From contig DATBMA010000031.1 of NCBI GenBank assembly GCA_036555105.1, positions 1,325 to 65,324 on the forward strand: a stretch of 64,000 bases of DNA, given 5' to 3'. The notes beneath the pieces were generated by a model. The model saw nothing but the letters and a program-made list of their open reading frames with translations, did not search any database and was not told where the DNA came from. The stretch comes from Acidimicrobiia bacterium. Lineage in GTDB: Bacteria; Actinomycetota; Acidimicrobiia; Spongiisociales; ZC4RG35. Shown here in pieces: positions 39,170 to 48,413 of the stretch; positions within the stretch are counted from its first letter, which is position 1, and each line of letters opens with the position of its first letter. The position numbers and the translations under genes were made by a program.

Positions 39170-40161
39170 TGGACTGGGTGGGCATCTTCCTCGGCGGCCT
39201 GCTGGCCATGATCGGGCCCGTCACGGCCGCATACGCGATCTCGGCCAGCGGTCTCAACCTCCAGTTCGGATATGCCGGTCTGCTCAACTTCGGGCACGTT
39301 GCCTTCATGCTGGCGGGCGCCTATGGATTGGCCATCACGGTCGAGTCGGGCGGGTCGATGTGGCTCGGGATCGTCGTTGGAATTCTCGCCGCGGTCGTAT
39401 TGGGCCTGTTGATGGGGATTCCGACTCTCCGTCTCCGGGCCGACTTTTTTGCCATCACCTCGATTGCCGTGGCCGAGGTGATTCGTTTGCTCGTTCGCTC
39501 TTCGTGGGCCCAGCCCTTCACCGGGGGGGTGTTCGGGTTGCAGGGCTTTGCCGACGCCTTTTACGCATTGAATCCCTTCACTCCCGATCGGCAGTATGGA
39601 ATCGGGCGGATGACCGTGAGCGGACGCAGCCTCTGGGTGCTGGTGGTGGGTTGGACCTTGGTGCTCATCACCACCTTGCTCATAGCCCGCCTCATGTCGA
39701 GCCCTTGGGGCCGGGTGTTGAAGGCTCTTCGGGAGGATGAAGATGCCGCCACCGCGTTGGGCAAGAACGTCTTCTTCTACAAGTTGCAAGCGCTGATGCT
39801 GGGAGGGGCTCTCGGTGCCCTCAGCGGGATCGTCCTGGCCATCGATCAGCAGAGCGTCCATCCCGACGCCTTCCAACCGAGGGTGACCTTCATACTGTTC
39901 GTCATGGTCATCCTTGGAGGGGCCGGCACCGTCTGGGGGCCGGTGGTCGGGGCGGCACTGTTCAACTTCCTCTACTTCGCCATCGACGATCTCATGGTCG
40001 AATTGCAGGCCAACGTCGGGTTCATCAACAGCCTTCTCACCGAGGCCGAGGCAGCCCTGGTCAAGCTGGTGCTCGTCGGCATTGCCCTCATGCTGCTGAT
40101 GATCTTCCGGCCCCAGGGTCTGTTCGGAAGCAGGGAGGAGTCTTTGCTCAGTGCGCGTTGA
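39169..40161 (+). CDS. livM: branched-chain amino-acid ABC permease (LivM-type)
   Basis: This is a polytopic protein with GYAGLLNFGHVAFMLAGAY. The ATG overlaps the livH stop. Confidence 0.85.
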   Translation: MDWVGIFLGGLLAMIGPVTAAYAISASGLNLQFGYAGLLNFGHVAFMLAGAYGLAITVESGGSMWLGIVVGILAAVVLGLLMGIPTLRLRADFFAITSIAVAEVIRLLVRSSWAQPFTGGVFGLQGFADAFYALNPFTPDRQYGIGRMTVSGRSLWVLVVGWTLVLITTLLIARLMSSPWGRVLKALREDEDAATALGKNVFFYKLQALMLGGALGALSGIVLAIDQQSVHPDAFQPRVTFILFVMVILGGAGTVWGPVVGAALFNFLYFAIDDLMVELQANVGFINSLLTEAEAALVKLVLVGIALMLLMIFRPQGLFGSREESLLSAR

Positions 40162-40969
40162 CCTCGACATCGCTCCTGAGCCCGGGGTGGCCAAGCCCGA
40201 TCCGGTTGTAGTCGTCGACGATCTACGCCGCTCCTTCGGCGGCCTGCGGGCTGTGGACGTCGACCATCTCGAGATCCAGCGTCAGACTGTTACGTCCATC
40301 ATCGGGCCGAATGGGGCAGGGAAGACGACGTTCTTCAACTTGCTCACCGGCTTCGACAAGCCCGATTCGGGCGACTGGCACCTGAACGGGGGACCGCTGA
40401 TCGGTATCCCGACCTATCAGGTGGCACGGCGGGGGATGGTCAGGACCTTTCAGCTGACCAAGGCGCTGCCGCGGCTCACTGTGCTGCAAAACATGCTGGT
40501 GGGTGCCAAGAACCAGCCGGGCGAGAAGCTGTGGCGGGGCCTGGTCGGAGGCTGGGGCAAGATCGAGGAAGAGAACATCGACCTTGCCCAGGGCAAGCTC
40601 AAGCAGTTCGGGCTCCAGCACATGGCAGATGAGCTGGCTGGAGGCCTGTCGGGCGGCCAGCGCAAGCTGTTGGAAATGGCTCGGGCCCTGATGGTCGACC
40701 CCGAGGTGATCATGCTCGACGAGCCCACCGCCGGAGTGAACCCCGCCCTGACTCAGACTCTGCTCACCCACATCACCGGCCTGCGCGACGCGGGCAAGAC
40801 GGTGGTCTTCGTCGAGCACGACATGGACGTCGTCCAGGAGATCTCAGACTGGGTGGTGGTGATGGCCGAGGGCAGGGTGATCGCTGAGGGCAAGCCGTCG
40901 GTGATCGCCCGCAACCAGCTCGTGATCGATGCCTACCTCGGAGCCCATCGGGGAGGGGCGCCGTCATGA
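40151..40969 (+). CDS. livG: branched-chain amino-acid ABC ATP-binding protein (LivG-type)
   Basis: Has Walker A GPNGAGKTT, the signature LSGGQRKLLEMARAL and Walker B IMLDEP. Confidence 0.9.
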   Translation: MRVDLDIAPEPGVAKPDPVVVVDDLRRSFGGLRAVDVDHLEIQRQTVTSIIGPNGAGKTTFFNLLTGFDKPDSGDWHLNGGPLIGIPTYQVARRGMVRTFQLTKALPRLTVLQNMLVGAKNQPGEKLWRGLVGGWGKIEEENIDLAQGKLKQFGLQHMADELAGGLSGGQRKLLEMARALMVDPEVIMLDEPTAGVNPALTQTLLTHITGLRDAGKTVVFVEHDMDVVQEISDWVVVMAEGRVIAEGKPSVIARNQLVIDAYLGAHRGGAPS

Positions 40970-41697
40970 GCGATCAGTCGTTGATGGCCGCGGCCGGCGT
41001 GGTGGCCGGCTACTTCCCGGGGGTTGACATTCTCAACGGGGTGGACCTGGAGCTTCGCCAGGGGGAGCTGGTGGGCGTGATCGGGCCGAACGGAGCCGGC
41101 AAGTCCACCCTGGTCAAGACCATCTTCGGCCTGGTCCCGGTCAGATCGGGGACGGTCTCACTACGGGGAAATGACATCTCGAACGTTCCTGCCCACCGAC
41201 TAGTGGGCATGGGCGTCGGGTACGTGCCACAGCGGGCCAATGTCTTCCCCTCGCTGACGGTAACCGACAACCTGAAGATGGGCCTCTATCAGGATCTCAA
41301 GTCGTGGGATGAGCGCCTCGCCAAAGTCACCTCGCTGTTCCCCCTTCTCAACGACCGCGGTGACCAGAAGGCCGGCTACCTGTCGGGCGGGGAGAGGCAG
41401 ATGGTGGCGATCGGGCGAGCGTTGATGATGGACCCGGCCGTGCTGCTGCTGGACGAGCCCTCGGCGGGTCTGGCCCCTCTCGCCCAGGATCAGGTGTTCG
41501 AACGGGTTCGCAAGATCGTCGACAGCGGGGTCTCGGTCATCATGGTCGAGCAGAACGCCAGGCGCTGTCTCGAGATCGCCGACCGCGGGTATGTTCTGGA
41601 CCAGGGGAGAAACGCCCACACGGGGCCGGGCCGGGCACTGCTGAACGACCCCAAGGTCATCGACCTTTACCTGGGGACCCTTGGTCGGGCTGGCTAA
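40966..41697 (+). CDS. livF: branched-chain amino-acid ABC ATP-binding protein (LivF-type)
   Basis: Has Walker A GPNGAGKST, the signature LSGGERQMVAIGRAL and Walker B LLLDEP. Confidence 0.9.
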   Translation: MSDQSLMAAAGVVAGYFPGVDILNGVDLELRQGELVGVIGPNGAGKSTLVKTIFGLVPVRSGTVSLRGNDISNVPAHRLVGMGVGYVPQRANVFPSLTVTDNLKMGLYQDLKSWDERLAKVTSLFPLLNDRGDQKAGYLSGGERQMVAIGRALMMDPAVLLLDEPSAGLAPLAQDQVFERVRKIVDSGVSVIMVEQNARRCLEIADRGYVLDQGRNAHTGPGRALLNDPKVIDLYLGTLGRAG

Positions 41698-41722
41698 GGC
41701 TTCGACGTCTGCCAAAGAGAAA

Positions 41723-41745
41723 GCCCCGGTGTGAACCACCGGGGC
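41723..41745. terminator. bidirectional terminator-like hairpin between convergent livF and the SBP gene
   Basis: GCCCCGGTG-TGAAC-CACCGGGGC forms a 9-bp stem. It is flanked by AAAGAGAAA on one side and CTTCTTC on the other. Confidence 0.6.
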
Positions 41746-41767
41746 CTTCTTCACTATTGACCTCAGG

Positions 41768-43093
41768 TCATCCCTCTGGGAGTGATCCCTGGATCTGTTC
41801 GCCGTATGTGAGCGCCAAATCAGCCCCATACGTGAACGTGTCATATGTGCCGATACCCGGTTCGCCGTGCTCGCTGAAGTCGAGCGGACCAGAGGCACCG
41901 TCGTAGTCGATGTCGACTCCTGCCCACACCTTCTCCAAACAGTCGGCGACCAACGAGCACTTCTCGCCATCCCGGGTCACCCCGATGATCTGATCGACAT
42001 ATACCGCCGGGTCGTTGCTCTGTGCCGCTTGGGCGGCGAGAGTCAGGACCACGAAGCAGTCGTACTGGTGGGCCGAGAATACGGTGGGAGCATCCGGGGC
42101 AAACGCTGCGAAGCGGTCCCCGAAGGTTGCCTCACCGTTGGCGGGAGCAGCTGCGGGATAGGTTCCCTTGAAGCCCTCGACCAGGTCGGTGCGGCCACCC
42201 ACTGTGTCGGCCTTGATGTTGTCGACGAAGCCGTCAGCCACGTAAGTCTGGCCGTCCCAGCCGGCAGCCGCCAGGTCCTGAACGATCTGACCGCCCTCGG
42301 CGAAGGAGATCAGAGCCAGGGCATCGGCCCCGGAGGCGACGATGTCTTGAGCGACGTCGGTGTACGAGCCGGCTTCAGGGTCGTAGCCCTCTCGATAGAC
42401 AACTGTGGCTCCTGCTGCCTCGACCGCATCGGCCAGGGCGTTGCCGAATCCCTCTCCGTAGACGTCCTGTCGCCAGGACACTGCCACGTTCGCATTCCCG
42501 TCCTCGACCACGATGTTGCCCAAGAGCGGCCCCTGGATGTCGTCAGACGGTGCCGTACGCACATGGTTGGGGTCGTACTCGGGGGCACTGAAGGCCGAAC
42601 CGGTGCTGGTGCCAGAGCACATCACCATGTGGGCGGTGTTGACCTTGTCCCAAACCGATGCCGCGACACCTGAAGCCAGCGGTCCCATGACCGCGTTCTT
42701 GCTTCCATCCAGGAATGCCTCGATGTTGGTGCCCGCCACGGTCTGATCGGTGCCGTCATCGGCGAACTCCACCGACACGAGGTCCGGTGAGACGGCGTTG
42801 ATCTCCGCAACTGCCATGTTGAGGGGTTCGCTCACTGCATCGACGATGCCGGACAGGGCTCCGGTCTGGTCGACCATCGCCCCGATCGCCATCTGAATCG
42901 GCGACATGGCAGCGGCGGTGGTGCCGGGCGCGGCCGTAGTGCTGGGGGCCGCCGTGGTTGCCGGCGCCCCGGTGGTGGTCGGGGCGGCAGTGGTCGTGGT
43001 GGAACTCGTGCAGGCGCTGATCAACAGCACGCCCGCTCCAAGCACCACGAACGCCTTGCGGCGCCCGGCCTTTCTCTTATCCAATTTCATCAA
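41768..43093 (-). CDS. Leu/Ile/Val-type (type I periplasmic) ABC substrate-binding lipoprotein
   Basis: Has a lipobox (LISAC), a Thr/Ala/Pro linker and a type I PBP-like body. It is convergent with the livHMGF genes. Confidence 0.8.
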   Translation of the reverse strand: MMKLDKRKAGRRKAFVVLGAGVLLISACTSSTTTTAAPTTTGAPATTAAPSTTAAPGTTAAAMSPIQMAIGAMVDQTGALSGIVDAVSEPLNMAVAEINAVSPDLVSVEFADDGTDQTVAGTNIEAFLDGSKNAVMGPLASGVAASVWDKVNTAHMVMCSGTSTGSAFSAPEYDPNHVRTAPSDDIQGPLLGNIVVEDGNANVAVSWRQDVYGEGFGNALADAVEAAGATVVYREGYDPEAGSYTDVAQDIVASGADALALISFAEGGQIVQDLAAAGWDGQTYVADGFVDNIKADTVGGRTDLVEGFKGTYPAAAPANGEATFGDRFAAFAPDAPTVFSAHQYDCFVVLTLAAQAAQSNDPAVYVDQIIGVTRDGEKCSLVADCLEKVWAGVDIDYDGASGPLDFSEHGEPGIGTYDTFTYGADLALTYGEQIQGSLPEG

Positions 43094-43227
43094 TTACCTC
43101 CGGATTTTCACCCAAGGGCCCGCCATGACTGCCCCGGATTTCGGGGTCGGTGGGTCGATAGACGATAGCCAGAGGGTCTAAGGCTCCGCCATCGCGAATT
43201 CGCCATCTCTGGCTGGATTCACGGGCA

Positions 43228-43971
43228 GTGGCAGCTGGTTACGGTGCGAGAGTGACCTATCCCATCGAGGAAATCGCCGCCCGCGACGCCTATTCAGCGT
43301 CGGCGGAAGGAAGGGTCATCGGCGTAGAACCCGACGGAGTCCTGCTCGACCGCACCGTCTTCTACGCCCGAGGCGGCGGCCAACCGGGTGACCGGGGGGT
43401 CCTCAGGTACGGGGACGGGCAGGTCGAGGTGGTCGACACCATCCGCCGAGGCGGGGACGTGTTCCACCTCACCGCGGGCCAGCATGGTCTGGAACCCGGC
43501 ATGAATGTCGAGGGCGAGATCGACTGGGACCGCCGCTACAGGCTGATGCGCACCCACACCGCCCTCCATGCCCTCACCGGGGTTGTCTGGCGGGACTTTG
43601 GGGCCAAGGTGACCGGCGGAAACATGGAGCCGGGCTCCGCGCGGATGGATTTCGAGCTCGACTCGATGTCAGTGGATTTCGGCCGGGAGGTCGAGCGGAT
43701 CCTCAATTCCGAACTGGTCAAGGGTTATCCGACCGAGGTGATCTTCATGGCCAGGGAGGCGGCAATGCTTGACCCCGATCTGATACGGACCAAGGTCGAC
43801 CTGATCCCCGAGTACGTCAAGGAGTTGCGGGTCATCGACATCGTCGGCCTCGACCGCCAGGCCGATGGCGGCACCCATGTGCGGTCGACTCTCGAAGTCG
43901 GGCAGGTAGTGGTGACCAAGACCGAGTCCAAGGGCCGCGAGAACAAACGAATTCGCATCGAGCTGAGCTGA
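43228..43971 (+). CDS. alaX: alanyl-tRNA editing protein (AlaX-type)
   Basis: Has editing-domain zinc motifs (HTALHAL, GGTHV). The start is uncertain. Confidence 0.75.
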   Translation: MAAGYGARVTYPIEEIAARDAYSASAEGRVIGVEPDGVLLDRTVFYARGGGQPGDRGVLRYGDGQVEVVDTIRRGGDVFHLTAGQHGLEPGMNVEGEIDWDRRYRLMRTHTALHALTGVVWRDFGAKVTGGNMEPGSARMDFELDSMSVDFGREVERILNSELVKGYPTEVIFMAREAAMLDPDLIRTKVDLIPEYVKELRVIDIVGLDRQADGGTHVRSTLEVGQVVVTKTESKGRENKRIRIELS

Positions 43972-43972
43972 G

Positions 43973-44084
43973 GTCTCACGGTCTCGAGGTCGCACAGTCT
44001 CGAAGTCTCGAGGCCTCGCGGTGCACTCAGTACTCCGGTGTGACCGTGTGAGGTGTGACCTTGAGACCTTGAGACCTTGAGACC
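43973..44084. repeat. octamer tandem-repeat array F (14 units) filling a convergent intergenic gap
   Basis: GTCTCACG GTCTCGAG GTCGCACA GTCTCGAA GTCTCGAG GCCTCGCG is followed by degenerate central units, then GTGTGACC and TTGAGACC x3. It runs from 1 nt after the alaX stop to 1 nt before the DUF1697 stop. Confidence 0.9.
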
Positions 44085-44085
44085 G

Positions 44086-44622
44086 TCAGTTCCCCATGCG
44101 TTTGAGGATGCGACCCACCGTCAGCCAGGTGCGGGAGGTGACCTCCTTGCCGAACTCCTCTTCGATCCATGACATGACATCGGGTGTCGGGACCTGAGTG
44201 TTGTCCGTCACGGTGAAGATCTCTCTTGGCCGCGCCGCGATCACCCGATAGCCACGGCCTCTCGGCCGATAGGGGACCTTGAACCGCGGTAGCAGGCGAG
44301 CTTTGCCGAATGTCACCAGGAGATAGGTCCTGGGACCGTGTTCGAGCTTGCCGAACGGCTCGGCGTCGAGCATTCGCTCCAGCTCGGCTTGGGTACGGAT
44401 GATGGTCGTGCTGTTGAATCCCAGCGTTTGGAACCAAGCCGTCTCCAGCCTCGACTCGAGCCCTGGGAGATCCGCGTCATCGGTCTCGAACACGACGTTG
44501 CCGCTCGATATGACGGTGCCGACCGCCTGGAGTCCGACGCCTTCAGCGGCCCGGCGCAGGTGCTCATTGCGCATGTTGGGGCTCGGCCCGATTCCGCGCA
44601 GAAGGGCAACGCACCTGGTCAT
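44086..44622 (-). CDS. DUF1697 domain protein
   Basis: Starting at ATG 44622 gives MTRCVALLRGIGPSPN.., the typical family N-terminus. Confidence 0.7.
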   Translation of the reverse strand: MTRCVALLRGIGPSPNMRNEHLRRAAEGVGLQAVGTVISSGNVVFETDDADLPGLESRLETAWFQTLGFNSTTIIRTQAELERMLDAEPFGKLEHGPRTYLLVTFGKARLLPRFKVPYRPRGRGYRVIAARPREIFTVTDNTQVPTPDVMSWIEEEFGKEVTSRTWLTVGRILKRMGN

Positions 44623-44664
44623 ATGGAAGGGAGTTCTAGTCGCGGTGGGTGGCATCATCTGAGT

Positions 44665-45636
44665 GTGAAGGCATTGATCCGAAGCCGATACGGGTCGCCG
44701 GATGTGTTGGCCGTCGCCGAGATTCCGAGGCCGGCGGTGGGGGAGGCCGAAGCGTTGGTGAAGGTGGTGGCAGCCTCCTTGAACACAGCGGACCTCGACT
44801 ATCTCTATGGCAAGCCGCGACTGGCCCGTGTGGCCGGCGGTTTCTTCCGCCCGAGGTCACCCGGGCTCGGGCTCGACGTCGCCGGACGGGTCGAAGCCGT
44901 GGGCCCGAGTGTGACCGACCTGCAGGTTGGGGACGAGGTCTGGGCCGACTTGTTTTCGCACGGTCAGAGTGCCTTGGCCGAGTATGTCTGCGCGCGGGCA
45001 AGGGCTTTCACTCCCAAGCCTGCGAAGTCATCCTTCGAGGAGGCTGCCGCCGTCCCCCACTCCGGAGTCCTGGCCCTGCAGGCTCTGCTCGGTAGAGGAC
45101 CGATCCTTCCTGGGCAACGGGTTCTGATCAACGGAGGGGGAGGATGCGTCGGGCCGTTCGCCATCCAGATCGCCAAGGCATATGGAGCCGAAGTGACAGC
45201 GGTCGACGGCACAGAGAAGCTGGAGTTGATGCTCGAGGCCGGCGCCGACCACGTGGTCGACTTCAGGCGAGAGGATGTGACCAAGGCCGGGCGTCGCTAC
45301 GACCTGATCCTCGACATCGCCCAGACCCGGTCTGTGAGCGGATGGCGTGGCCTGCTCGAGGCCGACGGCCGCTTCGTCCTCATCGCCCGCACCCTCGGCG
45401 GCTTCTTCAGGGCAGCGTTGATGGGGGGTCTCATCTCCTTGTTCGGGGGCAAGCGCATGGGCATCTTCAGCTGGCAGCCGAACCGCCCTCAGGACCTGGA
45501 CACCCTCAGAGGTCTCATCGACGACGGGCGCATCAAGCCCCTCCTCGACCGCCGGTTCGCCCTGGATGAGGCTCCGGAGGCCGTGAGATATCTCGCAGAG
45601 GGACGGGCTCGCGGCAAGCTTTTGGTCGTACCTTGA
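44665..45636 (+). CDS. NAD(P)-dependent MDR-family oxidoreductase (quinone oxidoreductase-like)
   Basis: Has a GroES-like N-domain and the Rossmann motif INGGGGCVGPFAIQIAK. The start is GTG 44665; the listed upstream part overlaps the DUF1697 gene on the opposite strand. Confidence 0.8.
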   Translation: MKALIRSRYGSPDVLAVAEIPRPAVGEAEALVKVVAASLNTADLDYLYGKPRLARVAGGFFRPRSPGLGLDVAGRVEAVGPSVTDLQVGDEVWADLFSHGQSALAEYVCARARAFTPKPAKSSFEEAAAVPHSGVLALQALLGRGPILPGQRVLINGGGGCVGPFAIQIAKAYGAEVTAVDGTEKLELMLEAGADHVVDFRREDVTKAGRRYDLILDIAQTRSVSGWRGLLEADGRFVLIARTLGGFFRAALMGGLISLFGGKRMGIFSWQPNRPQDLDTLRGLIDDGRIKPLLDRRFALDEAPEAVRYLAEGRARGKLLVVP

Positions 45637-45744
45637 CGCTTCGCCAGAGAAGGTCATGGCCGCGGGCGTCCTTGATGATCACGACCGCGTGACGCCGAGC
45701 CGGCGCGACGGTTTTGTCGCAGCCACCACTTAGCCTGGCTCGCA

Positions 45745-46701
45745 GTGCTCGACTTCATTCTGGGCCTGTTTCTCGCCGCCCTCGCTGTCCGCGGGTGGCT
45801 ACGCGGGTTCGTGAAGGAGGCCTTCGATCTCGTGGGGCTGGCGCTAGGGGTCTTCATGGCCTTCCGCTTGGCCGCTCCCCTCGGGGACTTCTTTGCCGAG
45901 AGGTTCGGGGTGACGCCCGAGTGGGCGAGGGTGGGCGCTGGGATCACCCTCTTCCTATTGGTCGGGGTCGTCCTCTCCATCGCCTCCAACCTTCTCGGGC
46001 GAGTGGTTCGGCTGCCCGGCCTGAACCTCGCCAACCGCCTTGGAGGCTCGGCGCTGGCCGCCCTGTGGGGAGCCCTGCTGCTGTCGGTGATCGTCACCCT
46101 GTTGCGGGTGCTCCCCATCCCTGCAGTCGAGGAGCAAGTCGAGAACTCGGTGGTAGCGGCCACCTTGGCCGGGCCCGCCCAAGAGGCGATCGGCTCTTTG
46201 GTCGATGACCCGATGCTCGACTCGCTGCTCGCCCTCGAGTCCTCGATCGGAACCAGGAGGGTGGTGCTCGAGGGTGACGAGCGAGTTGATCTGGAACCGG
46301 TCGAGGCCGAAGACCTCGCTTTCGCGACCGAGGAGGCGCGAGAGATCTACCGGCTGATCAACCAGACGCGCCTGGAAGTCGGGGTGGACCCGCTGTCTTG
46401 GTCGGACGGGCTGGCGATGGTGGCTTCTGGCCAGGCGCGGGAGATGTACTCGCTTGGGTACGTGTCGCATCTCTCGCCGGTGACGGGCCGGGTGACCGAT
46501 CGGGTGGCCGGCTCGGGCATCCCGCTGGCGGTCGTGGGGGAGAACCTGGCCTTGGCCGGGAGCATCCAAGCGGTGCACGAGGGGTTAATGGCATCACCGT
46601 CGCACAGGGCGAACATCCTCAACCCGTCTTTCGACCGGGTCGGGGTGGGAGTGGTGAGAGGACCGTACGGATTGATGGTGGTGCAGGTGTTCGGAGGCTG
46701 A
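45745..46701 (+). CDS. CvpA-family membrane domain fused to a CAP/SCP (YkwD-like) extracellular domain
   Basis: The N-terminus has 4 TMs (MLDFILGLFLAALAVRGWLRGF..). The C-terminus reads INQTR..SHLSP..ENLA..HEGLMASPSHRANIL..GVGV. Confidence 0.7.
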   Translation: MLDFILGLFLAALAVRGWLRGFVKEAFDLVGLALGVFMAFRLAAPLGDFFAERFGVTPEWARVGAGITLFLLVGVVLSIASNLLGRVVRLPGLNLANRLGGSALAALWGALLLSVIVTLLRVLPIPAVEEQVENSVVAATLAGPAQEAIGSLVDDPMLDSLLALESSIGTRRVVLEGDERVDLEPVEAEDLAFATEEAREIYRLINQTRLEVGVDPLSWSDGLAMVASGQAREMYSLGYVSHLSPVTGRVTDRVAGSGIPLAVVGENLALAGSIQAVHEGLMASPSHRANILNPSFDRVGVGVVRGPYGLMVVQVFGG

Positions 46702-46703
46702 GG

Positions 46704-47369
46704 TCAGCCGCTGCGCTTCACCCAGCGGCCATTCTCGTCCTGAGCCCACTCCGAGCCCGACAACACGACGCTGAAAGTCGCCATCCCCTTGACCTGGCTC
46801 TTGACCGTCTTGAAAAGGGCCTTGGCGTCGTTCTTGAGCATGCGGGCCTGCTCCAGGCGGTATCGGAGAGGTACCGCCTTGTCAACGGTTCGTTGCCTCA
46901 TCGCTGCCGCGTGCTCGCTGGAGGCTCGCTGGCTCACCTCTGCGAACTGGATGATGGTGAGGACTTCGGAGTCGCTGAGCCCCTCGACGTAGCGCCGGAC
47001 GATCTGCTCGATGGGACCGAACACTTCCGAGGACAGCCGTTTGGCCTCAGGAGTCAGCTCGACAATCACCTTCCGCCGGTCGGATGGATCGAATCGGCGA
47101 AGGGTGAGCCCGGCCAGTTCGAGCCGGTCGATCACCGCGGTGACTGCCCCGGTGGTGAGCCCGGCTTCCTTGGCCAGCTCACCGGCTGTGACCCGCTCGC
47201 GGTGGTCGACGATGTCGAGGCAACGCCCGTCGGTAGGGTTGATGCCAAGGAACTCGGCGAAGGAGTGATCCAGCAGGTTGCTGGCCGTCTGAGCCGCACG
47301 CGTCGCCTCGATCAGGCGGGCCTCCGCTTGGAGCCTCTGGTCTCTTGACAAACTGATATCTTGATTCAT
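46704..47369 (-). CDS. MarR-family transcriptional regulator with C-terminal extension
   Basis: Has a winged HTH (VTAGELAKEAGLTTGAVTAVIDRLE..DPSDRRKV). It is divergent from an ABC exporter. Confidence 0.8.
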   Translation of the reverse strand: MNQDISLSRDQRLQAEARLIEATRAAQTASNLLDHSFAEFLGINPTDGRCLDIVDHRERVTAGELAKEAGLTTGAVTAVIDRLELAGLTLRRFDPSDRRKVIVELTPEAKRLSSEVFGPIEQIVRRYVEGLSDSEVLTIIQFAEVSQRASSEHAAAMRQRTVDKAVPLRYRLEQARMLKNDAKALFKTVKSQVKGMATFSVVLSGSEWAQDENGRWVKRSG

Positions 47370-47408
47370 AAGATTCTTAGAACCTGAAGTATAGCGAGAG
47401 GAAGCCAG

Positions 47409-48401
47409 ATGTCATCGAAAGTCATCGAAGCCCGGGGCTTGCGCCGGACCTACAAGGCAAAGAAGGAAGCAGTGGAGGCTGTCAGGGGGGTCGACTTCGA
47501 GGTGCAGGCAGGCGAGATCGTGGGGTTTCTCGGGCCCAACGGCGCAGGCAAGACGACCACTCTGCGGATGCTCACCACACTGCTACAGCCAACGGGGGGC
47601 GAGGCAACGGTGGCAGGGCACGACCTCCTGAAGGACCCGGTCGGGGTGAGGATGCAGATCGGTTACGTCGCCCAAGGCGGATCGACCGATCCGGAGGCTC
47701 GGGCCGGTGAGGAGATCGTCGATCACGCCCGCATGTACGGGATCCCCAAGAAGGATGCGCTCGAGAACGGAGAGCGGCTCTTCGAGCAATTGGATCTTGA
47801 CGGCCTCTGGGACCGGAAGTGCAAGACCCTCTCCGGGGGGCAGCGTCGGCGGCTCGATGTCGCCATGGGGCTGGTGCATCGTCCCGGCCTGGTCTTCTTG
47901 GATGAGCCGTCCACCGGGCTCGATCCTCAGTCCCGGGCCAACCTGTGGGAGCACATCGAGCGCCTGCGGAGCGACCACGGCACGACCGTGTTCATCACCA
48001 CCCATTACATGGACGAGGCAGATGTGCTTTGCGACCGGATCCTGGTCATCGACGACGGCCAGATCGTGGCTCGGGGGACTCCTGATGAGCTCAAACGACA
48101 GGTCGCAGGCGACTCGGTGATCCTCAGCTTCGCGACCCAAGACGACTCGACCCTGGTGGCAGGAATGGCCGCGCGCTTGGAGGGGGCGACCCTTCCGGTC
48201 ATCGACGGTCATGAGGTGCGGTTCCAGGTGCCCGATGGCGCCAGAGCTCTCCCGGTGCTCCTGCGGTCGATGGTCGAACAGGATGTCGACGCGATCGGAG
48301 TCGAGGTCCATCGCCCCACCCTGGACGACGTCTTCCTGACCATGACCGGACGCTCCTTGCGAGACGAGCCGGAGCTGCTGACCACCGGCCGCGCGGCCTG
48401 A
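47409..48401 (+). CDS. ABC transporter ATP-binding protein (DrrA-like)
   Basis: Has Walker A GPNGAGKTT, the signature LSGGQRRRLDVAMGL and Walker B VFLDEP. Confidence 0.9.
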   Translation: MSSKVIEARGLRRTYKAKKEAVEAVRGVDFEVQAGEIVGFLGPNGAGKTTTLRMLTTLLQPTGGEATVAGHDLLKDPVGVRMQIGYVAQGGSTDPEARAGEEIVDHARMYGIPKKDALENGERLFEQLDLDGLWDRKCKTLSGGQRRRLDVAMGLVHRPGLVFLDEPSTGLDPQSRANLWEHIERLRSDHGTTVFITTHYMDEADVLCDRILVIDDGQIVARGTPDELKRQVAGDSVILSFATQDDSTLVAGMAARLEGATLPVIDGHEVRFQVPDGARALPVLLRSMVEQDVDAIGVEVHRPTLDDVFLTMTGRSLRDEPELLTTGRAA

Positions 48402-48413
48402 AAGGATCTGACG

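Noticed and set aside
43094-43227. A leader-peptide attenuator was sought upstream of the Liv-type SBP gene, by analogy with the aromatic leader.
   Set aside because: Only 4- to 6-codon ORFs without Leu, Ile or Val enrichment are present, and there is no terminator/antiterminator pair.
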